Assembly (NCBI GenBank): GCA_951406725.2
Contig: OX597816.1
Coordinates: 101,866,001-101,930,000, forward strand
Reading direction: 5' to 3'
Length of the DNA stretch: 64,000 nucleotides
Source: Octopus vulgaris
Lineage: Eukaryota
Positions 1 through 12,700 of this stretch are shown here, piece after piece (position 1 is the first letter of the stretch; each line of letters starts with the position of its first letter). The position numbers and the translations under genes are program-made. The notes under the pieces are model-generated. The model worked only from the letters and a program-made list of their open reading frames with translations, was not told where the DNA came from and did no database searches.

Positions 1-242
1 CATTACTGTACATATCAGTCAGAGGTTTAGAACTGACACAATTCTGCTTTGGCAGCTGCATCTTGGTATTATCAGTAGAGTTCATAGACATAAGTTTAGA
101 TACAGGTTTATCCAAATTGGGGCTGTCATGACCAAGCAGTGTTCCATCTGTTGCCATGGTTGCTGCCTCTGCTAGTATACGCATGGACTTTAAGGCATTT
201 TCACTCAAAGTATCCAACGTATTTTGGTCCATACTTAATGTA
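1..242 (-). CDS. CDK5RAP2: Exon running off the window (TLSMDQNTLDTLSENALKSMRILAEAATMATDG...)
   Basis: Polypyrimidine-cag acceptor at 243-245; open in the phase-2 frame required by the exon ending at 23758. Confidence 0.75.
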
Positions 243-3200
243 CTGCAAATTGAAAATAGAAATTTATAAAAGTCAGGAAATAATAGAAAGGAGTCATCGG
301 AATATTCAATCAGAAATTAAATCAAATTTCAAATCACAAAATATTTTAACCATCACTGTGCTGGTTTATAAATCAAATTATATAAACAACTAGCAGTATC
401 GCCCGGCGTTGCTCAGGTTTGTAAGGGAAATAACTATAAAGCATTTTTAGAGAGTTATAGCCAAAAAATAGCCAAAAAATGGAAAAAAATTATGGTAATT
501 TTTTTTTAGTTAAAAAAGGTGGAGTTGCGTCCCCTAGACAGTTTGCGGTTTGTGTTTCTGATTCTCGACCCCATGTCGAATTTATCAATTTTTTCAGAAC
601 TGGGGGAACTTTTCAAAATTTTCGCTTCGTTAGTTTTGAATTATGACATTGGGCTATGTGTGTGTCAAGTTTCATCAGAATCGGTTGAAAGCTGTGGTCA
701 GGGTGAGGGTACAAGCAAACAGACACACAGACAAACTGCCGTTTATATAGAGAGAGATTATCTATGCAGAAACTGTCATATTTTAATATCATTGTTGAAA
801 AATACAAGTCATACTAGTGGGTAAAAGTTTAAATTGCATCCTGTAAGTAAACAACATCACCTGCAACATTATTACATTATGTAGATATTGTAACCAAGTA
901 ATTTGCAGCAAACTAACTAAATTTGACAAAGTTCTTTATGAAATAAAGTCATTTTACAATAAAACTGAGATTAGTAAGTATTATGAAAAAAATGTAATCC
1001 CAGAATAGAGATAGTACATGCTCGTGAATCACTATAGAAAAGTGAGAAAATTAGGACACCATATTACAAGATTTTTCTCAATATCCGCAATTTCCTTTCC
1101 CTATTATGTACTTCTCTAAACTTTAGGCTAATTTCAGTGTGATTATCATTAGTTCAAACTTAGTAATCATACTAATTTCATCCATTCTTCTCCACCATTG
1201 TATGTTCTTTCTCTTCAATGTGGAAAATAAGAATTTGTTTTGGTCAAGATATGAAAGAAATCATGACAGAATGTGAACAGTTGTCAGCACAACAGATAAC
1301 CCATACAATTAGGTAGCATAATAGATTACAGCTTAAGAAACTAAGGACTATTATATCATCACCATTTCAACATCCACTTCTCAATGCTTGCATGGGTTGG
1401 ATGGAATTTACTGAGGCAGATTTTCTATGTTTGGATGCCCCTCCTGCCACCAACCCACTCTGTTTTCAAGGCCTTGTTTCCCCATGGCCAGACATATTCT
1501 CACAGAATATTGGAAATATATGGCACTGCTTGTATGTCAGTGACAATCATTTTACAACTATTACACAATGTCAAAACAAGGAGTAAGACACACACACACA
1601 CACATATATGCATGACAGGTTTCTTTCAGTTTTAGCCTATCTAATCTATTCATAGAGCTTTGGTTGGCCTGAGGCTATAGTACAAGACACTTGCCTAAGG
1701 TGACAGCAGAGGAACTGAACCCAGAAACATGTGGTTGGGAAGCAAACTTCTTAAGACACATCTATGCCTGTGCCTAAATAGATACAAATAAATTTTACAA
1801 AGTCACAGATCTTTGACATAAATAACAAAGAATTTTACCAACTTAGTTTACCACTGCAAAAACATACACACACACACACAAGTTTTACAAACAATTATGA
1901 TTATGTTAGAAGTTGAAATTCTTAAACTAAGCCTCAATCATAAATATAAACTTAATGCTAACTCTTCTTATAAAACAGCTAAAATGACTATACTAACACC
2001 AACTAACGACATACAATAATTTCTGTTCTACTAACATGCGCATTTCATATGCAGTATATTGCTATATTTTGCAAACGTACCTCTGAAAAAGAAAAGATCA
2101 TGATATGATACACAAATTTTATGAAAAGATTTGAAATGAGCACTTATGCAAGAAAATCTTTTGAAATAAAATGCAGTGTAATGAATAATATAAAGCACTG
2201 CATACAGGGTATAACTAGCTATACCTCTCCACATTCCCTATTAGCACTTAATTTGTCTTTAGAATTAGGAGTGTTTGTTCTAGTTTCATGAAAGTTGTCA
2301 ACATTTCAATTGGCTATCTGGTATGACACTTCTTCAACAATAATTATCCAGTGCAATTCCTCATTATTCAGGCATCATAATGGGAGGGAAACAAGAGTAG
2401 AGAGAAATGGAATGGTGGTGGTAGGGATCAAGTAAAGACAAATCTAATGTTTTCCCTATTTACATGAGTGTCATATCATCAACATCCTTGTTTAACATCC
2501 ACCTTTCATGCTGGCTGGCATAGGTAGGACAATTTGACAGGAGCTGGCCAAGCAGAATATATATGTGCAAGTTCCCATTGCTACCCCAATTTTAATGCAA
2601 GCACAGCTGATCAGGTTTTCTCCTGTGTCATGTCTCACAAATTGCCATGGTCCTTTGTCATCATCTTCATGTAATGCAATACCTTGAGATCACTCTTCAT
2701 CCCAAGCCTTCCTTTGTCTCACTCTTCTACAGGTTCCATACTTGACTCTTCTTTGTACAGCTGTCATCTTTCATACACATCACATGCTCATATCAATACA
2801 GTCTCCTTTCTTGAGTGCTACATCTGATATCTTCTTTATCCAGGTTTTCTCTCAGCTCATTTATACTCCATCATCCATGTATACTAACATTATACCTCCA
2901 GCAGAGCACTTTCACACCATTTCTTTTTGGTATTTGCAAATCCTCTGTATTCAATGTCCATGTCTTGCTACACTGCATCATCACATTTTGTACCCAAGCT
3001 TCAAAAAATTTACTCTTCTCTCTAAAGGAGAAGTCCTTTGTTGTCAACAGAGATAATAATTCCCTGAACTTCCAGTCTGTTTTTACACTAGCTACTATGT
3101 TTTTCAAAAAACCTACCCTTACTGCTACTGAGCTTATCTACCTGACACAAGCTATCAACTACTTGGCAGCTGCTTGGGCAGTTAAGCCAAATCTATTTCT

Positions 3201-6200
3201 CCATGTACTCTAAGTACTTACTGCTAGCTGGCCTGTTACACCACTACATCTCTCCTCTCATGCATCCATTGTTTACACTGGGAGCATCTCATGGAATCTC
3301 CTCTTAATCTTTTTATGCATGTCAAGCACAATCATTTCCTTGACTATAGCAGGGCACACTGTCTTCTTTCATACTTTCCTCCTTAAAATATATTTTACTC
3401 GGGTAAATGAAGCTATAATTCTCCACAATGACTGAGTAGTTTCACCTCAACAGAAAATCTTATTGAGATGAAACATGCCAGTCACTGTGAAGAATTTTAC
3501 TATCTAATCCCTCAATAATATATATACTGTATCATCTTCATCATTTAATGTCTTCTTTTCCATGCTTACATTGGTCAAACAGAATTTGTTACAGCATGTC
3601 TTCTACAGCCAGATGTCCTTCATATCACCAACCCTCACCTGTTTTCAGGCAAGGTAATATTTTCCTTCGGGGAAAGAATGGAAACAAACAATATTTGTAT
3701 GATGAAGCACATTTACAACCATGATGTGATATCAAGATAAGGGCATACACAAACAAATTATGTGTATGTGTATAGGCCTTTTCCAGTTTCTCTCTACCAA
3801 ATCCACAAAGTTTTGGTTGACCTGGAGCTATAGTAGAAGACACTTGCCAAAGTGTCATACTGTGGGATTGAACCTAGGACCACATGATTAGAATGCAAGC
3901 TTCTTATCCACACAGCTTAAAAAAAGTGACATGCATTTTTTTTCTGTAAATATGTATTGTATTTTACCAAGAACACGCCTAAATAGATTTGTAACTATTT
4001 CCATGCCTTTTTACATGCTACCCTTACAACACAATAAATTTTAGGAAAAGAAGCCTCACTATTATTTCATTCCTCAAACATTTCTGTAAGGCTTTATTTT
4101 TCATTAAAAAAAAAGAGAAAGACCTAATTTAAACAAAAAACACCAGGAGTGGCTGTGTGGTAAGTAGCTTGTTTACCAACCACATGGTTCCGGGTTCAGT
4201 CCCACTGCGTGGCACCTTGGGCAAGTGTCTTCTACTATGACCTCGGGCCGACCAAAGCCTTGTGAGTGGATTTGGTAGACGGAAACTGAAAGAAGCCCGT
4301 CGTATATATGTATATATATATGCGTGTGTGTGTTTGTGTGTCTGTGTTTGTCCCCCTAGCATTGCTTGATAACCGATGCTGGTGTGTTTATGTCCCCGTA
4401 ACTTAGCGGTTCGGCAAAATAGACCGATAGAATAAGTACTGGGCTTACAAAAGAATAAGTCCCGGGGTCGAGTTGCTCGATTAAAGGTGGTGCTCTAGCA
4501 TGGCCGCAGTCAAATGACTGAAACAAGTAAAAGAGTAAATGAAAAGGAGCAAAAGTCTTTTTATCAGTTAGTTTTCAACCTACACAAACGGGTCTTTATT
4601 TAAACACACTAACATTATACTGAACTATTTAATATTCAATGAATTCTATGACTTACATAAAATAAATACATATATTCATATATATGACCTATAATTATTA
4701 TAAGGATTCCACAATATTTCTAAACATTCTCTCTCCATACATACACTCACTATCTATCTATCTATCTATCTATCTAAACACACACACACACATTCATGAG
4801 TATGTGTCTGTAAGAATATATACACTGAATTTTACTTTAGCATAATGAAAGTTCTCTAGATACAGTTTTTATTCTTTTCAATTCCGCAGAACTTAACTGC
4901 TTTCAAGTATGTACATGTGTATATGTAAATTTTCACACACACACACACACACAAAGAAATAGTTAAGTTTTTCAGGAAACAGTTCTAAAGAAAGTCAAAA
5001 AGTTTTTTTTTTTAATCTATTATTAAAATGAACAACAGGACAAGAGACAACTTCTAGTGACTTTTTGATGTGTTTTTTTTGGGAGGGGGGGATTTTTTTT
5101 TTTTACTTCTTTAGAGTAATGGCAGCAGAGAAAGAATAAATGGGCGGGAGTTTGGTAAGCAGGTTAAAGAAACAATTAGAATAGAATTTTATAAATGAGT
5201 GGTGAAATGTCAATAAGCAGAGAAAGAAATCAGAAATACCCTGAAAAGAAGTACATAATATAAATGATAATATAGAACTGAAATCAACTGTGTTTACCTC
5301 GATATTTGAGGGAAGTGAAATAAAGTTTAGATACTTTAATACTGCTTATACTGGTTAGCCATTGTGAATTCCACTTGATACAGCAGCAGCAGGAAGTAAA
5401 ATAGTCTGGCGAGATGGATGTAGACACAGAGGAGAGGAGAAAGATGTGCGTGTGTGTTTGTTGAAGGGAGACAGTAGAGGGAAAGTGGAATATTAAAACA
5501 AACTATCCTTTAATTCCTGTCTTCCTCCTTCTCCTCAACCTCCTCCTACTACTACCACTACAACTACCACATCCTCTGTTAGAAAGGATGCTGGTATTGG
5601 TTAAACTCTAAAGCAGTGGAACACTACTATGATGACTACTGCACCTTCTCTCACATGTGACACATTCACTGTTGGCCTACATATATAAGTGTCCCAAATA
5701 AGACCATTTTATTTTATCTGAGTCACATATTAACAGCAAAGGAGGAAGGCAAGCACATACATACAAAGAAAATTTTAGTGAACAAAAAAAGATGAAGTTG
5801 ATATGTTCCTTTCAGACTTTCAGTAAACTGCAAAAACTTCTTAGGGGAGTGGACAATGGAATGGAATATTACTACTATATTTGACAATATGTCATCCTAA
5901 CCAAAAATATAATTGACTCTTACTATTATTACTTCAACTAACACCATTCTGTTACTGTGCTAAAGACCAAAATAACATCTTTGTGATGAAGAGAAAAAGA
6001 ACGCACTGGTTCCACATGTAAACATTGCAATCGCCAACAACAGTAAAAATGTAAATAAACGCCAATATAGCTAGTAAAACTGTTATAATTGGTCAATGAC
6101 TAACCAAACCAAAAAATTGCATGAAAACAGAGAGTCAAAGGGAGAAGAGCAATAAACAGTAAAAATTAAAAATTATGTAACCTTAAAGTTTTTGTCTGTA

Positions 6201-9200
6201 AGGTGGAAGTTTGTAAGAATGGATGTAGGTGCTATCAAAAAGTATAGGGTTTTAGATAATCTGTCTTAAAATTATTCATAAATTAACATTTATATTATTT
6301 CACACATATACACATTCAAATTAATTACATGTACATATTCAGATTAATTTGTACACTAATTTACAGAATAATAATAATACTTCAATGAGAAATAGAGAAA
6401 TTATTTGTATGTATGCATATGCATACACAAAAATACTTGGTTTAATTGTTTTGATCTTTTTGTCAGGACACTTTGAATAGAATACTTTTCAATGCTTAAA
6501 CATTAAAAAAATAATTTGTATTTTAATTTTGTTTGAACTAATGAATTAATAATCCAAAATGTCAATTACGCAGTCTTCTCTAATTATGCTCCCAATAAAA
6601 CAATTGCTCCAAATTTGCCCAAACCATCCCACATGGAAAAACTATTAGAAATAGTTTATTAGAAACTAAAACCAATTAACCACATTTCTCATATATCTTT
6701 CTACTAGTTTTAAAGCTCAGTAAAACACTTTTTTAATGAAATACAAGCTTCCCTTAGCAACAAACAAGACAATTAAAACAAATTAATGAAGTTAAATCAG
6801 ATATGGCAATTTTCAAAAAAAAAAACTTGTTCCTATTTTCAATGCTTTTTAGTCAGTTTTAGTGTGTGGCTATAAGCCAGCGCTCTGCAACTTTTTTCAC
6901 TTGCAGTATATTTATACTCCTTTCAAAATTCAGCGACAAACCTGAACTAAAAATATAACTGAAAGTATAGGGTAAAACATTATATTCAGGTTACACTGCA
7001 GCACACCTAGCATCGTCTTGTGGCACACCAGTGTGCCACAGCAAACCAGTTGCAGAGCACTGATATAAGCTATAATCATTTTGTATCTAAGTATATTTCA
7101 GTACAGTAGTTACAGCCTCACATTCACAAGTTATTAATTCTTGATATATGTGGATAAATAACATAGAAATGTTATAAGTCTATGTTGGTGTACTACTTAG
7201 AGCTATGCTACAAGTTATGGCCAGCTTTATCTACTAGTTACTGATATAGACTCACAGCAGCCAACTTGACTCTGGTCAATGTTTTACATCCAATCAACAA
7301 CACTATGTATGTTCTGCACTGTGATAGTTGATTCTAAATGGCACTTTTCACTTTTCTATAAATATAAGGAGGTACAGCTCAACACTGAAAATATGTGATA
7401 AACTATTTATTATTATTATTATTGTTCAATGTAATCAACTAAGCCCGTCTCACAAAATTTCAGGCCTTGTGCCCATAGCAGAAAGGATTATAATAATTAT
7501 TATTATTGCTGTTGTTGTTATTTTGTTTTGTTTTTACAGCTTGCACAGCTGCTCTGAAATCCACACATGTAGGTTGGAAGAGAATTACAGGCTTGTCAAG
7601 TTGATTTGCTCTAAATATACTTGGAAATTTCAGTGAGGGGTGGGGGTCACTAATCAAAAATGGATTATGCGACTTCCATACTATACTGGCATAATATAAG
7701 ACTTTCTGAAAGGAATACATGCATTTCTTTACTTCAGAAATTAAAATTTTGTTTCTTTCTTTTCTTTTTCAATTTCCTAAATTATTAGAAATATTTATAA
7801 AGTAGATTGACAGGAAAAAAACCAAAAAAAACACTAAAAAAACACTAAGTGAAAGAAAAATTCCATCTGTTATTGTCCTATATTATAGGATAATATATTG
7901 TACATACATATATTCTATACAATAATATAACAGTACAATTAGTACTAATAAATGTCAGGTTCAGAAATAGGAATAAAGAAAATTTTAAGAAGTAACCAAG
8001 TTAAAAATGACGTGGCCATGAGCTGAATGAGGGCACAAAGATAGCTTTCTGCTATTAAAACAGAAAGGTATAGAGCTGACTGATGAATCTTACCATTAAT
8101 ACAACAACCCATCATAGATACCATCCTTAAAAGAAACAAAAATTTCACATGTTTAGATAAGCTGAGAAATGCTTGGATACACATTAAAGAACCCCAAATA
8201 GATCTGAACTCAAGTTCTGCAAGCTGATTAAGCAAGTGTCTTAAGCATTTAATCATTTCACTCTTTTATGACCCTATTTTTAATGAAATATATAGCCCAA
8301 GTGTTTCAATTCATTATGAAAATAATTATTTGTAGAGATTTAATAAAACAACTAATTTTATCATCTATTGGTACTTTAAACTAGCATTTGGAAAGTTTAA
8401 CATAAATACGAACACATTAAAATAAAGGTTTTGTAGTACAGAACCAAATGTGGTCTTAGGTAAGTTAGTATGAAAAGTGTCACAGGAATGAGGAAAATAA
8501 CTGAAGATATAAAATGGTTACTCAATACTATAAGGAATACCACAGAAAAGACCTACCTTTGCAAGGAGCCTATTTGATAAGTTCATATACATAATATATT
8601 TATATTTTATAATTTCAGATGCAGATTGGAAATGAATAAACTTGTAATGATTTGTAAAGTTTACAACTTCCAATATATATAACTGCTCTTTGCATTGAGT
8701 GATTTTCCACACTACATTTATAAATGTGTGTGTATATAATGAACTTTTGTACCTCAGATAAAAAAACAGCTTAGCTAGTTTATTCTTTAATATTATTAAT
8801 ACACATATTCTTAGAATTTACCACACACGTTGAATTAAAAGACTATGACACTGATTAAAGTAATTCCAGCAGTGATAATATTAATTTCTGACCAAACCAA
8901 TGTCACTTACCATCAAAGAAGTATGAGTCAATACATGTTAGTTATAGATCATTTACCAGTCAAACAAATATAAAAGAAAATAGTATCAGTATTATGAAAT
9001 AAATATAGAGCTGACAAAATTTCTCATTTTAATCATTAGGTTTCAAATAATTTATCAAGTGGGAAGGAGGAAGGAAAAGAGAATATGTAAAGAAAAAAAA
9101 GCATAAAAATACAGAAATTATAACTACCTCATACTTAACATAAAAACTAGATTTAAAATGACAAGTAAAATATATAAAACTACCAGTGATACCTGGCCTT

Positions 9201-9701
9201 GCTCAGGATTAAAACGGGATAGCTTTTTCATTGTTTTACTTGTTTCAGTCATGTGACTGTGGCCATGTTGGAGCACCGATGCATATATATATATATATTA
9301 CTCTTTTACTCTGTTATTTGTTTCAGTCATTTGAGTGTGGCCATGATGGAGTACCGCCTTTTAGTTGAAGAAATCGACCCCACCACTTATTCTCTGTAAG
9401 CTTGCTGCTTATTCTATTGATATCTTCTGCCAAACCGATAAGTTACAGGGACATAAACACACCAACATCAGTTTCTAATCAATGGTGGTGGTGGGGAGAA
9501 CAACAAAAAGACACAAATACACATGATATATATATATATATGACAAACTTCTTTCAGTTTCTGTAAACCAAATCAACTGACATAGCTTTGGTCAGCCGAA
9601 GGCTATAGTGGAAGGCACTTGCCCAAGGTGCTACGCAGTGGGACAGAACCCCGAACCATGTGGTTGGGAAGCAAGCTTCTTAGCACACAGTCACACCTGT
9701 G

Positions 9702-9791
<90 letters not shown>

Positions 9792-12700
9792 CAAATGAAT
9801 ATGGTACTTAAGCCAGAGGCACCAGAATTTTGTATGGTATTATCCATATAAATCCATGGGGTGATTATAATCAAAATAAGCAACAAGTATATCTTCTGTA
9901 ATTTAGTACGATTGTTTCATGCTACTTCATTTTATTAAACATTGTCAGTATTACATCAGTTTTAAAATGTTGAGCAATCTTCAGCCATTTATAGAAGTCT
10001 TCCATCAAACGGACAATACATATACTTATCTCCATTTCGTTTGCCAACATTATAAAGAGGGTAGATATGCAGACAGAGAGGTTGATTTGATTGTTAAGAA
10101 CATGACAGTAACAATCAAATCAACCTCTCTGTCTGTATATCTACCCTCTTTATAATGTTGGCAAACGAAATGGAAATAAGTATATGTATTGTCCGTTTGA
10201 TGGAAGACTTCTATAAATGGCTGAAGATTGCTCAACATTTTAAGACTAATGTAATACTTACGATGTTTAATAAAATGAAGTAGAATGAAACAATTGTACC
10301 AAATTACCGAAGATATACTTGTTGCCTATTTTGATTATATATATGTACATACATATATATATACACACATATACATATATACACACACACACACATATCT
10401 ATACATATTAGACCCAGGAAGAGGTAGACCCAGGAAAACCTGGGATGAGGTGGTGAAGCAAGAGGTAGACCCAGGAAAACCTGGGACGTGGTGGTGAAGC
10501 ATGACCTTCGAACTCACCAAGGAAATGACTAGAGACTGAGACCTATGGAAGTATGCTGTGCGTGAGAAGACCCGGCAGGACTAGTGAGACCATAACCCGT
10601 GGCCTCTACCTGGGATGTAGCCAGTCGACTTATGCATACCTTTCCTTCTTGGGACACAAAAGTCCACTTGTGAAGACCCGTTGGGGCAAGTGGAAATCAA
10701 ATCAGATATCAGAAATCAGAACCAAAATCGAAGTTGATCAACATCAATGGAAATTGCAGCTGTGATACCAATGCCGGTGACACGTAAGCGAACCATCCGA
10801 TCGTGGCCGTTGCCAGCGCCGCCCCAACTGACCCCCGTGCCGGTGGCACGTAAAAAGCACCATCCGATCGTGGCCGTTGCCAGCCTCCCTGGCCCCTGTG
10901 CCGGCGGCACGTAAAAAGCACCAACCGACTGTGGCCGTTGCCAGCGCCGCCCCGACTGGCCTCCGTGCTAGTGGCATGTAAAAAGCACCATCCGATCATG
11001 GCTGTTGCCAGCCTCGCCTGACCCCTGTGCCGGTGGCACATAAAAAGCACCATCCGTCCGTGGCCGTTTGCCAGCCCCGTCTGGCACCTGTGCAGGTGGC
11101 ACGTAAAAAGCACCCTCTACACTCACGGAGTGGTTGGCATTAGGAAGGGCATCCAGCCGTAGAAACACTGCCAGATCAGACTGGGCCTGGTGCAGCCTTC
11201 TGGCTTCCCAGACCCCAGTTGAACCGTCCAACCCATGCTAGCATGGAAAGCAGACGCTAAATGATGATATATATATATATATATAAGATACAAATATATA
11301 CATATATGTGTGCGTGTGTTTGTGTGTGTGTATATATATATACATACACACACAGACAAACATGTATATAAATACATAGTGGAACTAATATATATATATA
11401 TAGTGAAAGTATTAAAACTGAAAGTATTACCTCACATTACAATAGAGATGTTATTGTTTCTCTTTTGACAAGTAATACTGAAATAGTGTAAGAGATAAGA
11501 GATTGCTCCGTTGAATATCTTTTTGGCCCATGACACTGCATGGACCCTAAGTAAGATACGTGTAAAATTTGAATGAAATCAGTTGGATAGTTCTCAAGTT
11601 TTAGCGATGTACACATACACACACACATTCTCAGTTTTATATCTAAAATGGGATAATCTATTCAAATTTAAAATTTATTATTGTATAAATCTGCAAACAG
11701 AAACATGAAATATAGCTTGTTTTCAGAAAAGCAACTGAAGAAAGCCCTAGCTGATGTATTGACCAGCATACTGTGCACAGTCATCATCATCATCATTTAA
11801 CATTTACTTTTCCATGCTTGCATGGGTTAGATGTAATTTGTTGAAGCAGATATTCTGTGGCTGGATGCCCTTCTGGTTACCAACTCTCACCTGTTTCTAA
11901 GTAATGTAATGTTTTATTTTAGTTTGACGTGTTTTTTCACAGAGAGCTGGAAACAAACAGCCTTGCTTGATGATGCTCATTTACGACCATCATGTCATAT
12001 CTAGATAAAGGTACATATACATGCATATTTATGTGTGTGTGTGCGTGCGTGCGTACAAGTGAGTGAGTATGTATATACAATGAGTTTCTTTCAGTTTCCA
12101 CTGACTAGATCCACCCATAAAGCTTTGTCAGCCCAAGGTGATGCAGTAGATAACTTTTCAGTTATCCAGATTTTACAACTTCTGCATATTTTCCAGTGTA
12201 GGAACAGCTGTGGATGTAATCAGTCTTCTTTGATATTTCCAGATAGTTAAAGACAATGAGATTGCCGGTTTCCTCATATTTTCTACAGATCCTGCATTAT
12301 GGTATCTGTTACATTCTTGGTGACACAATGATGATAGGATCTGCTTATTATTATTATTATTATTATTATTAATATGATGATGATGATGATGATGATGATG
12401 ATTAAGGTGGTGACCTAGCAGAATTGTTAGCACACTGGGCAAAATGCCTAGAAGCATTTTATTCACCTTTACATTCACAGAAGTCAACTTTGTCTTTTAT
12501 CCTTTCGGGGTTGATAAAATAAGTATCAGTTGAGCACTAGGATCGATGTAATCAACTTAGCCCTATCCCTGAATTTGCTGGCTTTCTGCCACAATTTGAA
12601 AACATGATTAAGGTGGTGAACAGATAGAATCATTAGCATGCCGGACAAAATGCTTAGTGGCATTTCGTCTATCTTTACATTCTGAGTTCAAATTCCACCA

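Noticed and set aside
8079-8100. Other CTGATGA occurrences (e.g. 8080, 24932, 31900, 45767, 63417) as hammerheads
   Set aside because: No stem II followed by GAAA and a closing stem I.
9603-10238. Short ORFs on both strands
   Set aside because: They arise from the (TA)/(GA) microsatellite and from palindrome symmetry.
10770-11120. CRISPR-like appearance of repeated GC-rich units
   Set aside because: The inter-repeat segments are themselves homologous rather than unique spacers, the context is eukaryotic, and there are no cas genes.
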